Shown piece by piece: positions 18,871 through 27,496 of a DNA stretch of 64,000 nt (position 1 is the stretch's first letter; each line of letters opens with the position of its first letter). Source of the stretch: Cyanobacteriota bacterium (lineage in GTDB: Bacteria > Cyanobacteriota > Cyanobacteriia > Thermostichales > Thermostichaceae). Both the position numbers and the translations under genes were made by a program. The DNA lies in the NCBI GenBank assembly GCA_033764955.1, contig JANRIL010000001.1:1-64000 (forward strand), in the 5' to 3' direction. Under the pieces are notes generated by a model. The model saw only the letters and a list, made by a program, of their open reading frames with translations. It did not search any database and was not told the DNA's origin.

Positions 18871-19386
18871 ATGCTGAAGGTGATTACAGTAGCTTGGCTA
18901 CTGTTGTTTCTGGGTGATTTTCTCTCAACCTTTTGTTATCACATTCCGCAGCATGTCTTTGGTAAGTTACACCTTCAAGTACACCACTCGCCTCGCCAGC
19001 ACTATTGGCATTATGCAGTCATTTCAACGGATCCCAATGTATTACTAGATGGAATCTTAGGCGCACTTCCCTACCTATTTCTGGCTTTGCCGCTGGGATT
19101 TTTATCTCTTGGCGGAGTTGTTTTGGGTCTAGCGCTTGGACAGTTTCATGTCTGGTGGCGACACACGACAGCCTTACAGTGGCAAACTCCACAATTGATT
19201 GGGGTTCTCTGCCGATTTCTATCGATTACAACTCCCGAACTTCATTGGGAACATCATCGAAATACGACTCGTGGCTATGGCGATATTTTTACTATTTTCG
19301 ATAAGCCGGGTCGAGTATGGCTGCGACAACTTAGACGATGGCGATATCGATTGAAGGCTTCTCTGGCTTTAGTGACCAGAATCTAA
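18871..19386 (+). CDS. sterol desaturase/fatty acid hydroxylase family membrane protein
   Basis: His boxes YHIPQH, HLQVHH, HVWWRH, HWEHH. Confidence 0.75.
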   Translation: MLKVITVAWLLLFLGDFLSTFCYHIPQHVFGKLHLQVHHSPRQHYWHYAVISTDPNVLLDGILGALPYLFLALPLGFLSLGGVVLGLALGQFHVWWRHTTALQWQTPQLIGVLCRFLSITTPELHWEHHRNTTRGYGDIFTIFDKPGRVWLRQLRRWRYRLKASLALVTRI

Positions 19387-19394
19387 GACGGAGG

Positions 19395-19802
19395 CTAGAG
19401 ATGGTTTAGGAGTTCTGTGGGGGAGTATGTGGGGAGTTTGCTACCGATGAAGTCTTTCTGATCGCGGGTGACGATCCTATCAAGTTGATTGAGGCTCGCG
19501 CAGGCAAGTTGGATGCTGTCTTCAACGTCTTTCAGGCCGAGGCGAAGAGCCGTTTCGACTATCTGGCTATCAACAGCACAAAATCGGAGGCCGATTAGTA
19601 GCCGATTAATGGCAGCAAGGGCGACTTCACGACCTTCAGTTTTACGGATGATGTAGAAAAAATTGGTGATGGTGGTTGCGGCGATATAACCTTCCAAATT
19701 GCCTCATTCGATTTGCTCGAAAAAGGCAATCGCGGTATTGACAAAGGGATCCCGTTCTAGGAGCAGATCGAGAACGACATTGGTATCGACGAGAACTTTC
19801 AT
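19395..19802 (-). pseudogene. PIN-domain (VapC-like) toxin with in-frame stop
   Basis: MKVLVDTNVVLDLLLERDPF...FEQIE*GNLEGYIAATT...DVEDSIQ; TGA at 19704-19706 (codon 33). Confidence 0.85.
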
Positions 19803-19810
19803 GGGAAAGC

Positions 19811-20047
19811 TTACTGGTATTTCTGGGTCAAATAGTCTGTGTAGTCTGCTTGAAGGTCATCATCGCTAAAGTCTAGTCCGTGACGTTTGGCGATGCCCCG
19901 GAGTCCGGTGAGGGTGCCGGGGATAGCTGTAGATTGAAGGGCAGTGAGTTGTTTTTGGTTAAGAAATTCGGCGAAGTTGAGGACTTCGTTGATTTGGTTT
20001 TCTAGGAGGGCTTGGATAAGCTGGTAGAGCCTTTCGACGGCTGTCAT
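19811..20047 (-). CDS. DUF2281-type antitoxin
   Basis: MTAVERLYQLIQAL...EVLNFAEFL, C-term DYL..KY; directly upstream of PIN gene. Confidence 0.7.
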   Translation of the reverse strand: MTAVERLYQLIQALLENQINEVLNFAEFLNQKQLTALQSTAIPGTLTGLRGIAKRHGLDFSDDDLQADYTDYLTQKYQ

Positions 20048-20166
20048 GATGGTTAAACTCTCACTGCTAATCTCCTCATATTGAGGGTGATGAAGCAAGT
20101 TAAAATCTACTCTGTTTAGCAAATTCAAGGATAGACGCTGATCAAAATCCTGGGAATGAAGGACTT

Positions 20167-21495
20167 ATGAGCGGATCAAAACAATTAAAACTGGGTGCAT
20201 TCATGCGTCCTGTCAGCATCCATACGGGAGCATGGCGTTATCCGGGGGCGTTGCCTGATGCCAATTTCAACTTCCCAGCGATCAAACGATTTATCAAAAA
20301 ACTAGAGCAGGGAAAGTTTGACGCTTTTTTTATGGCTGATCACTTGGCGCTGCTAAATATGCCCATCGATGCTCTCAAACGCAGCCACACTGTTACCTCA
20401 TTCGAGCCATTTACTCTGCTCTCCGCTCTTGCTAGTGTCACTAACCATATCGGACTGATGGCGACAGCTTCGACTACCTATGATGAGCCATATCACATTG
20501 CTCGTCGCTTTGCCTCGCTCGACCATATCAGTGGCGGACGCGCTGGCTGGAATATTGTCACTACTTCTAATCCAGATGCAGCCCGCAACTTCGGCTTAGA
20601 AGAGGACTTAGAGCATGACGAACGCTACGTGCGAGCTCGTGAATTCTATGATGTCGTCACAGGACTATGGGATTCCTTCGCTGACGACGCATTCATTCGT
20701 GATCGCGAATCCGGAATTTATTTTGATCCGGCAAGAGTTCACGTTTTAGATCATCAGGGTAAGCATCTCTCGGTGCGGGGTCCCTTAAACATCGCCAGAC
20801 CGATCCAAGGGTGGCCAGTGATCATTCAGGCTGGAGCCTCCGAAGCAGGGCGGCAATTGGCTGCCGAAACCGCTGAAGTCGTCTTTGCTCCTGCCACTAA
20901 TCTGGAAGCAGGCAAAGCACTCTTTGCCGATATTAAAAGTCGAGCGCAAAAGATCGGGCGTGCCCCTGAAACGATCAAAATTCTGCCAGGTGTTTTGGTG
21001 ATCGTGGGTGAAACGGTTGAAGCAGCACTAGCTAAGCGTGAACAGTTAGATAAGCTCGTGCATTATGACAGCGGCATCGGTAGCCTCAATAGCGCCCTCG
21101 GCTATGATGTTTCAGGATTTGATCCCGATGGCCCATTGCCGGAAATCCCTCAGACGAATGCCAGCCAGAGCGGACGAGAACGGATAATAACGATGGCACA
21201 ACGAGAAAACCTAACCATTCGACAACTGGCTCAACGGATCGGTAGCTATGGCGGGCTTGCCTTCGTGGGCACTCCTCAAACGATTGCCGATGAGATGGAG
21301 CGATGGTTAATCGAAGAAGGATCCGATGGATTCAACATCATGTTCCCTTTTCTCCCCGAAGGCCTGGATGATTTTGTGGACAACGTGATTCCAGAACTCC
21401 AGCGACGTGGGATCTTTCGTCAGGAATATGAGGGCAAGACACTGCGGGAGAATCTTGGCCTTGCTCGACCAGCCAACCGCTTTTTTGAAGCCTAA
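20167..21495 (+). CDS. NtaA/DszA/DmoA-family LLM monooxygenase
   Basis: FDAFFMADH, ARRFASLDHISGGRAGWNIVT, QAGASEAGR, YEGKTLRENLGL. Confidence 0.92.
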   Translation: MSGSKQLKLGAFMRPVSIHTGAWRYPGALPDANFNFPAIKRFIKKLEQGKFDAFFMADHLALLNMPIDALKRSHTVTSFEPFTLLSALASVTNHIGLMATASTTYDEPYHIARRFASLDHISGGRAGWNIVTTSNPDAARNFGLEEDLEHDERYVRAREFYDVVTGLWDSFADDAFIRDRESGIYFDPARVHVLDHQGKHLSVRGPLNIARPIQGWPVIIQAGASEAGRQLAAETAEVVFAPATNLEAGKALFADIKSRAQKIGRAPETIKILPGVLVIVGETVEAALAKREQLDKLVHYDSGIGSLNSALGYDVSGFDPDGPLPEIPQTNASQSGRERIITMAQRENLTIRQLAQRIGSYGGLAFVGTPQTIADEMERWLIEEGSDGFNIMFPFLPEGLDDFVDNVIPELQRRGIFRQEYEGKTLRENLGLARPANRFFEA

Positions 21496-21519
21496 TTTAG
21501 GATGAATTTTTCCCTGGAC

Positions 21520-21876
21520 TTATCTGGACTTTTTCATTTGTGCTCCACGGGCAAACATTTCTCCCATCTGGTGGTGGAGATTTTTATGATTAGGGTGGTT
21601 AGACCATTCGTCCCAGCCGGAGTTACGTCGAAATTCTCCTAATCTGCCTGATGCAGTGATCTCAGCTTCATTAACTCCACTCGAATGTTCACAGTCTGGA
21701 GATACATAAAGAGCATCAGCCTGACAATAAAGTTCACACATATTGCAGGTTTGACAATCACTTTGCCGAGCAATCACTGGGGACCCATTGATGACCGGAT
21801 CGAAAACATTGGTGGGACAAACCTGAACGCAGAGGTTGCACTGAGTACAACGGCTATCGATCACAAGCTCAATCAT
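21520..21876 (-). CDS. 2x[4Fe-4S] ferredoxin (AsfB/AprB-like)
   Basis: CTQCNLCVQVCP and CQTCNMCELYC. Confidence 0.9.
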   Translation of the reverse strand: MIELVIDSRCTQCNLCVQVCPTNVFDPVINGSPVIARQSDCQTCNMCELYCQADALYVSPDCEHSSGVNEAEITASGRLGEFRRNSGWDEWSNHPNHKNLHHQMGEMFARGAQMKKSR

Positions 21877-23468
21877 TATGCCGCCTCGCTAGCAATAGAT
21901 TCTGGTTCGGATCCTTCATCCAGTTGTGTCCATACTTGATCCAACCCACCCACCAAGAGGCGATGGGTAAAACGCGGATCCGGCATAGGTGCATCATCAC
22001 GGATATGCATTCCCCGACTCTCTTGTCGAGTGAAGGCGGCGGTATAACACCATCTGGCAGTGGCGACTAAGGCAGCACTTTCTCGTGCTTTGATCAGGTC
22101 AACTCCTTCTGCATAAAGGTGATTTCTCACGTCCTGCCAGAGGGCATCGAGTCGGGTGAGGGATCCCCTTAGTCCTACACCGGATCGAAAAATATTTTTG
22201 TCGAAAGGTTCCATTTCTTGTTGTACCCCAGCAATAATGGCACGAGTGTCTAAGGCCATGACTGAATGGGCAGGATGGATCCCGGCTTTCCCGATTGCAA
22301 TGCCTTCCTCGTGAACTCGGCGACCGGATCCTCTCACCAACCTGGCTGCCCCTCGTCCAGCAAAATAGCCAGAAGTCAACGCCCAGGCTGAGTTTTGGGC
22401 ACCGCCACCGGAAATAGCACCCGCTATCAATTCACGGGTAGCAGCGTCACCTACGGCAAACAGACCCGGCACACTCGTCTGGCAATTCTCATCGATAATC
22501 CGGATCCCTCCGGATCCGCGTACTGTTCCTTCCCCCCGCAACGTCACCTCGAATTTGTCAGTAAAAGGGTCGATGCCTTGACGAGCAAAGGACAACAGTA
22601 CCGCTGGCTGAATTTGCGACAACCGATCTCGGAGATCTTGAGGCATTCTTGCTAGGTTGCAAAATACACGTCCGGCTAAGAGTGCTTTCGCCAAGGAGCG
22701 ATTTCCGTCGCCCCAATCAATGTCAAGTTCGGCACCATCACTATCAAAGTAAGTGGCAAAAACATAAGAGGCCGAGCGGGTTTGAGTCGAGTAGATGGGC
22801 GCGACCGTATAGTAATTGGAAAATTCCATGCCCGAAAGCTCTGCCCCAGCCTCCACAGCCATCAAGTACCCATCACCCGTATTCGTTTGGCTACCTAGCA
22901 ACCTTGACATAAACGCACAGCCCCCGGTCGCTAAGATAACGGCTCCAGCTCGGACACACCAGGAACCTCCTCCCGCCTGCCGTCGGATCCCTCTCGCTCC
23001 TGCTACGGATCCATCTCGATGTAACAACAATTCCAAAGCCGGACTGTGATCGAGGATCCGAACTCCTAAATCCTCTGCCATTTGGCGTAAGGCGCGTAAA
23101 TACTCTGGGCCTCGTAGCGCCCGATACTGGGTGATCCCTTGATCATCCACAGGAAATGGGTAGTAGCTCGCCAACGTGGGCAGAATGCGCCAAGTGGTAT
23201 CCAAAACCCTTGCCATCCAGCCAGGATCCGCTAGTCCACCACTCCGAGAGGATTGGACTCGGATCGCCTCATCCCGGTGATCGGGATCTACCCACCAATG
23301 TCCTGGCCCTGCTGTTGCCGTTACTCCACTCGTGCCACAGTAGCCTTTATCTACCAGAACGACCGATGCCCCCTGTTGCGCTGCCGCTATCGCTGACCAA
23401 GCACCAGAAAGACCTCCGCCAATGACCAGCACATCCGCCTCGATATCCAGATTGATCGGGATAACCAT
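21876..23468 (-). CDS. FAD-binding SdhA/FrdA/AprA-family oxidoreductase (AsfA-like)
   Basis: DVLVIGGG, VILATGG, NTGDG, GLFAVGD, RQESRGMH; coupled to ferredoxin. Confidence 0.85.
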   Translation of the reverse strand: MVIPINLDIEADVLVIGGGLSGAWSAIAAAQQGASVVLVDKGYCGTSGVTATAGPGHWWVDPDHRDEAIRVQSSRSGGLADPGWMARVLDTTWRILPTLASYYPFPVDDQGITQYRALRGPEYLRALRQMAEDLGVRILDHSPALELLLHRDGSVAGARGIRRQAGGGSWCVRAGAVILATGGCAFMSRLLGSQTNTGDGYLMAVEAGAELSGMEFSNYYTVAPIYSTQTRSASYVFATYFDSDGAELDIDWGDGNRSLAKALLAGRVFCNLARMPQDLRDRLSQIQPAVLLSFARQGIDPFTDKFEVTLRGEGTVRGSGGIRIIDENCQTSVPGLFAVGDAATRELIAGAISGGGAQNSAWALTSGYFAGRGAARLVRGSGRRVHEEGIAIGKAGIHPAHSVMALDTRAIIAGVQQEMEPFDKNIFRSGVGLRGSLTRLDALWQDVRNHLYAEGVDLIKARESAALVATARWCYTAAFTRQESRGMHIRDDAPMPDPRFTHRLLVGGLDQVWTQLDEGSEPESIASEAA

Positions 23469-23659
23469 AAGAAAACTCTTGGATGATTGGGTTGAATTCG
23501 CTAAATACTGATTAGGCTTTGCTTGCTTATTTGAGGATCAATCGCTCTCAATGCGTGAATCGCCTCAGGAAGTAAGCCGCTGATTCGACCGTCTCAAAAA
23601 GCTTGAGATTGGGTCATGTGTCATGAATTAAGCTCAACTATACTCTTTATTGCAAATTA

Positions 23660-23693
23660 AATCTACTGTATCTTGGTCGATTTACTGTAGATT
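23660..23693. promoter_or_regulatory. palindromic box 6
   Basis: AATC TACT GTATCTTGGTCGATTTAC TGTA GATT. Confidence 0.75.
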
Positions 23694-23768
23694 AAGGTAT
23701 CTCCGCTCTTCCGGCACATCAGCTGATGAGTGCAATCACAAGTGATCTCTGATGCCGATAGTAGCCAT

Positions 23769-24458
23769 TTAGAACCGCTCTACCCAAGGCCGCAATTCTA
23801 CTTCCCAAGTCCAGGCACTTCGGGGTTGACGCAAAATCGCCAGATAGGTCTGGGCAATCGCATCCGGATCTAGGTAACTATCTGGCTGATCGGGCGGATC
23901 CTGACGGGTTGCCGAGCGGATCCCACCATCGATCACAAAATGAGCCACATGGATATTTCGAGGAGCCAACTCCCGTGCGATACTTTGAGCTAATCCCCGG
24001 AGGGCAAACTTACCCATCGCAAATGGAGCCGACTGGGGATAGCCTTTGACGCTGGCAGAAGCGCCCGTAAAGAAAATAGCTCCTTCGCCCAATACTAATT
24101 GTCGTTTGGCAGCAGCTTGCGCGACTAAAAACCCCCCATAGGCAGTGATTTCGAGGGTTTTGGATACTTCTAGTGGATCGAGATCAACCAAAGCTCCTCG
24201 CACTCGCCAGCTGGGATTGTAGATCACGACCAATGGAGCGCCCAAGGCTTGCTCGACCTGCGCGAAAAGGTGATTAACCTCGTCTGGCTGACTGGCATCA
24301 CAGGCAAAACTAACGGATCCGATTGTTTTGACTAACCCCCGCAGTTTCTCGATGTTGCGAGCTGCCAATGCAACCTTAAATCCTTCTGCTGCCAATAATC
24401 GAGCCAAAGAAGCACTTAATCCATCGCCTGCTCCTACAATCAATGCAATCGGTGGCAT
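23769..24458 (-). CDS. short-chain dehydrogenase/reductase (atypical)
   Basis: GAGDGLS, FTGASAS, FAMGK (YxxxK altered), HVAHFVIDG. Confidence 0.88.
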   Translation of the reverse strand: MPPIALIVGAGDGLSASLARLLAAEGFKVALAARNIEKLRGLVKTIGSVSFACDASQPDEVNHLFAQVEQALGAPLVVIYNPSWRVRGALVDLDPLEVSKTLEITAYGGFLVAQAAAKRQLVLGEGAIFFTGASASVKGYPQSAPFAMGKFALRGLAQSIARELAPRNIHVAHFVIDGGIRSATRQDPPDQPDSYLDPDAIAQTYLAILRQPRSAWTWEVELRPWVERF

Positions 24459-24593
24459 ACATCTACTTCCTAAGGAAAAACGAACAGCGTTTTATAACTT
24501 CCGTGACACAAACACCATTTCTCTCAGTGGAATCTGTTGGGATTGGGCTTGTATTTTCTCGCTTGATGTGTCAACTTAGTATCTATTCAAGCA

Positions 24594-24627
24594 TAAGAAC
24601 GATATTCCGATTGGATTACCGTGCATT
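24594..24627. promoter_or_regulatory. palindromic box 7
   Basis: TAAG AACG ATATTCCGATTGGATTAC CGTG CATT. Confidence 0.65.
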
Positions 24628-24635
24628 AAGGTTTA

Positions 24636-24672
24636 AGGCGCTTGGATTCCGCTCTGATAAGGGATCCATCCT
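24636..24672 (+). ncRNA. conserved leader hairpin motif, copy E
   Basis: AGGCGCTTGGATTCC-GCTCT-GATAAGGGATCCATCCT, 8 nt after box 7. Confidence 0.5.
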
Positions 24673-24883
24673 AGTCGCTTGATACAGCAATGGTTAAGCT
24701 TTTTACAGAATGCCCGAGTGACATGAGAAGCCTTGTGGATCTCTAAGGCTCTATTTTGTTCTTGTGATCTTTAATGATCTCTAAAGTAGATCTTTAAGAT
24801 CACAACTTTTCTGGCTAAGTCCAAATTCCTCTTAGTCTATCAATCTGAGTGCTAATTTAACCAAACGTTCAGGAGGAAGAATT

Positions 24884-25567
24884 ATGAGTCAACTGCATCT
24901 TTATTATGCCAAAGCTTCCACTTTTTCTCAACGGACTCGTGTGGTGCTGCTGGAAAAAGGAATTTCATTTACCTCAACTGAAATTGACTTTCAGAATAAA
25001 CCGGAAGACTTCCTTCAACTCTCTCGCTATGGCAAAGTTCCTGCAATCAAACATGGAGATATCGAAATCTTTGAGTCAGCGATCATCAATGAATACCTGG
25101 ATGAAGTGTTTCCGGATCCGCCTCTACTACCTCAGGATCCGGGGAAGAAAGCCATCGCCCGTATTTGGATTGACTACGCTAATACTCGTCTCGTTCCGGC
25201 TTTCAATAAATTCCTCCGAGGCAAAAATAGCCAAGAGCAGGAGCAGGGTCGGGCTGAGTTTCAGGAGGTGCTTTTGTTCATCGAGCAAGGACTCAGCAAC
25301 CTTTCCAATTCTGCTCATTCTCCCTATTGGTTTGGCGAGGATATCAGTTTAGTGGATATCAGCTTTTATCCCTGGTTTGAACGTCTGCCACTGCTCGAAC
25401 ATTTCCGACAATTCAGTTTGCCACCTGATACCTCTCGTTTGCAGCAATGGTGGAATACCCTACGTAATCGACCATCGATCCAGGCTGTTGCGAACTCGAC
25501 TGAGTTTTATCTCGAAAGATTTGCCAAAATTCTGGGGCAACCTTTGCCTGTACGAGTTTCCAAGTAA
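24884..25567 (+). CDS. glutathione S-transferase, Ser-type (STFS)
   Basis: [21 protein letters not shown]; paralog of 16995-17669. Confidence 0.9.
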   Translation: MSQLHLYYAKASTFSQRTRVVLLEKGISFTSTEIDFQNKPEDFLQLSRYGKVPAIKHGDIEIFESAIINEYLDEVFPDPPLLPQDPGKKAIARIWIDYANTRLVPAFNKFLRGKNSQEQEQGRAEFQEVLLFIEQGLSNLSNSAHSPYWFGEDISLVDISFYPWFERLPLLEHFRQFSLPPDTSRLQQWWNTLRNRPSIQAVANSTEFYLERFAKILGQPLPVRVSK

Positions 25568-25619
25568 GTCTATTTTGACGAGATCCTCCTTACCTTTTAG
25601 CTTGGAGAAACTAACCCCC

Positions 25620-26483
25620 ATGAGCCTACCTAGCTCTGCCTTGGCTAGCCCCGTGGCAACCTTACCCTATGTTGAAGCCGATCTCACATATTTGATCCCG
25701 ATGGAGGAGAAGCCCTTCAACTATACCTATGAGCCACCAGCCGGGATCCCGCGCTTCAACGGCAAGTTTGCCACTCACCGGATCCGGATCCATAATGCTC
25801 GGCACCGAATCGGCGATCTTTCCCTCGATCAGCAGGGCTTTAGGCTGGTAGAGCACTACAGCAAAGTCAACAATTTTTATGATGAAGCGGAAGTACGTGG
25901 GGTCTATTACCCTGAAGCCGAAAGACTATTACAAGCAGTCACAGGGGGCACTCAGGTGATCGTATTTGATCATAATGTGCGGAATATAGAGCGGGCACAG
26001 CGGGGAGAAAGCAACGCTAAAGAACCCGTTAGACGTATCCACAACGATTTTACTGACAAATCTGGCTATAGCCGCGCTCGCAGCGAATTGAGCGCCCGAA
26101 ACATTAAGGATCCAGAATCGTTATTGAAACAGCGATTTGCCGTGATCAACGTATGGCGACCCATCACGGATCCGGTTCAAGATGCTCCTTTAGCCATTTG
26201 TGATGCAAGTAGCATTGCTCCTAATGACTGGGTTGCTAGCGATCTCATTTATCCCAATCGGGTGGGGGAGACGTTTGCTGTGACCTACAATCCAGCCCAT
26301 CGTTGGTTTTATTTCCCCTTACAGCAACGACATGAAGTCACTTTGATCAAATGCTTTGATGCTGAAGCAAGGGTTCAAGCACGCTTTACTGCCCACACTG
26401 CTTTTGACGATCCCACAACCCCACCCCACGCGCCCTCTCGACAGAGCATTGAGCTACGAGCATTCGTATTTTTGCCTAACTGA
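25620..26483 (+). CDS. CmcJ/NvfI-family (2OG/Fe-type) oxidoreductase
   Basis: VFDHNVR, IHNDFT, INVWRPI, PLAICDASS, AHTAF, RQSIELR; ATG 25620 with GGAG RBS. Confidence 0.82.
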   Translation: MSLPSSALASPVATLPYVEADLTYLIPMEEKPFNYTYEPPAGIPRFNGKFATHRIRIHNARHRIGDLSLDQQGFRLVEHYSKVNNFYDEAEVRGVYYPEAERLLQAVTGGTQVIVFDHNVRNIERAQRGESNAKEPVRRIHNDFTDKSGYSRARSELSARNIKDPESLLKQRFAVINVWRPITDPVQDAPLAICDASSIAPNDWVASDLIYPNRVGETFAVTYNPAHRWFYFPLQQRHEVTLIKCFDAEARVQARFTAHTAFDDPTTPPHAPSRQSIELRAFVFLPN

Positions 26484-26516
26484 TCGCTATCGTCTCTGCA
26501 CATAGGAGAACTGAAC

Positions 26517-27398
26517 ATGAGTTTGACTTTGCAACTAGAGGCTCCGAGCATTGTTCACTCTGCCGGACAGCTAACTATTCGCCCTTTGCAACCAACGATC
26601 GGAGCTGAGATCCGGGGAGTCGATCTTCGGTTACCCGTTTCGGACGAAGTTCGGGATGAAATTAAGGCAACGCTTCTACGCTACAAAGTTGTCTTTTTCC
26701 GGGATCAGGATATTACCCGCGAGGATCAAGCTGCTTTTGCCCAGCGTTTTGGAGCCATCTACGCCCATCCGACAACTAAACGACCGGATCCGACCCAGCT
26801 ACCGGCGATTCATCACATTGCGGCTGCCGACTTTCAGAAACCGGAAGATGCGCTCATCCTGAGTCAAGACGGGATCCGTGACGGCTATCATACCGACACT
26901 AGCTGGCGCTTGGTGCCTACTTGGGGGGCTGTATTGCGACCCATTCATCTGCCGCCAGTAGGAGGTGATACCGTGTGGGTGGATGCAGGATTAGCCTACG
27001 AGGGCTTACCCGAAGCGATTCAAGCCAGATTGGAAGGCTTACACGTTACCCATGACTTCCGGGCATCGCTGCTGAAAGATGGGCATGATTATCCCATTGT
27101 TGCCCACCCGATTGTGCGCACCCATCGGGAAACCGGGAAAAAGATTTTGTGGGTCAACTTCACCCAAAAGCCCTACATTATCGGTCTTGATCAGGAAGAT
27201 AATATCAAACTCTTAACGATTATTCTGGATCAGTATCGTCGCCATGAAAATCAGGTACGGTTTAGTTGGGATTTGGGATCCGTTGCTTTCTGGGATAACC
27301 GGGCTACTGTGCATTATGCCGTCCGCAATTATGGGGATTTTCCTAGATTGTTGGAACGTATCCTGATTGCAGATGAGCCACTTTACGCTGATCTGTAA
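26517..27398 (+). CDS. TauD/AtsK-family 2-oxoglutarate dioxygenase
   Basis: IGAEI.GVDL, YHTD, GGDT.W, WDNRATVHYA. Confidence 0.92.
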   Translation: MSLTLQLEAPSIVHSAGQLTIRPLQPTIGAEIRGVDLRLPVSDEVRDEIKATLLRYKVVFFRDQDITREDQAAFAQRFGAIYAHPTTKRPDPTQLPAIHHIAAADFQKPEDALILSQDGIRDGYHTDTSWRLVPTWGAVLRPIHLPPVGGDTVWVDAGLAYEGLPEAIQARLEGLHVTHDFRASLLKDGHDYPIVAHPIVRTHRETGKKILWVNFTQKPYIIGLDQEDNIKLLTIILDQYRRHENQVRFSWDLGSVAFWDNRATVHYAVRNYGDFPRLLERILIADEPLYADL

Positions 27399-27496
27399 TT
27401 CCTCTATTGCCAAAGGATCCGGCAGCAAGACGTGAGTAAATCGGCAACTCACCCAGTCAGCCTGTTTACTGGATCTACCTCTGTAGGAGATTAGGG

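Noticed and set aside
19704..19706. Selenocysteine readthrough in the PIN gene
   Set aside because: Position is not a Cys-type catalytic site; a nonsense mutation is simpler
20104..20137. Eighth palindromic box upstream of the NtaA-like gene
   Set aside because: Only the AATCTAC half matches; centre and right half are too degenerate
25377..25619. N-terminal extension of the CmcJ-like ORF
   Set aside because: Overlaps the GST gene; ATG 25620 has an RBS
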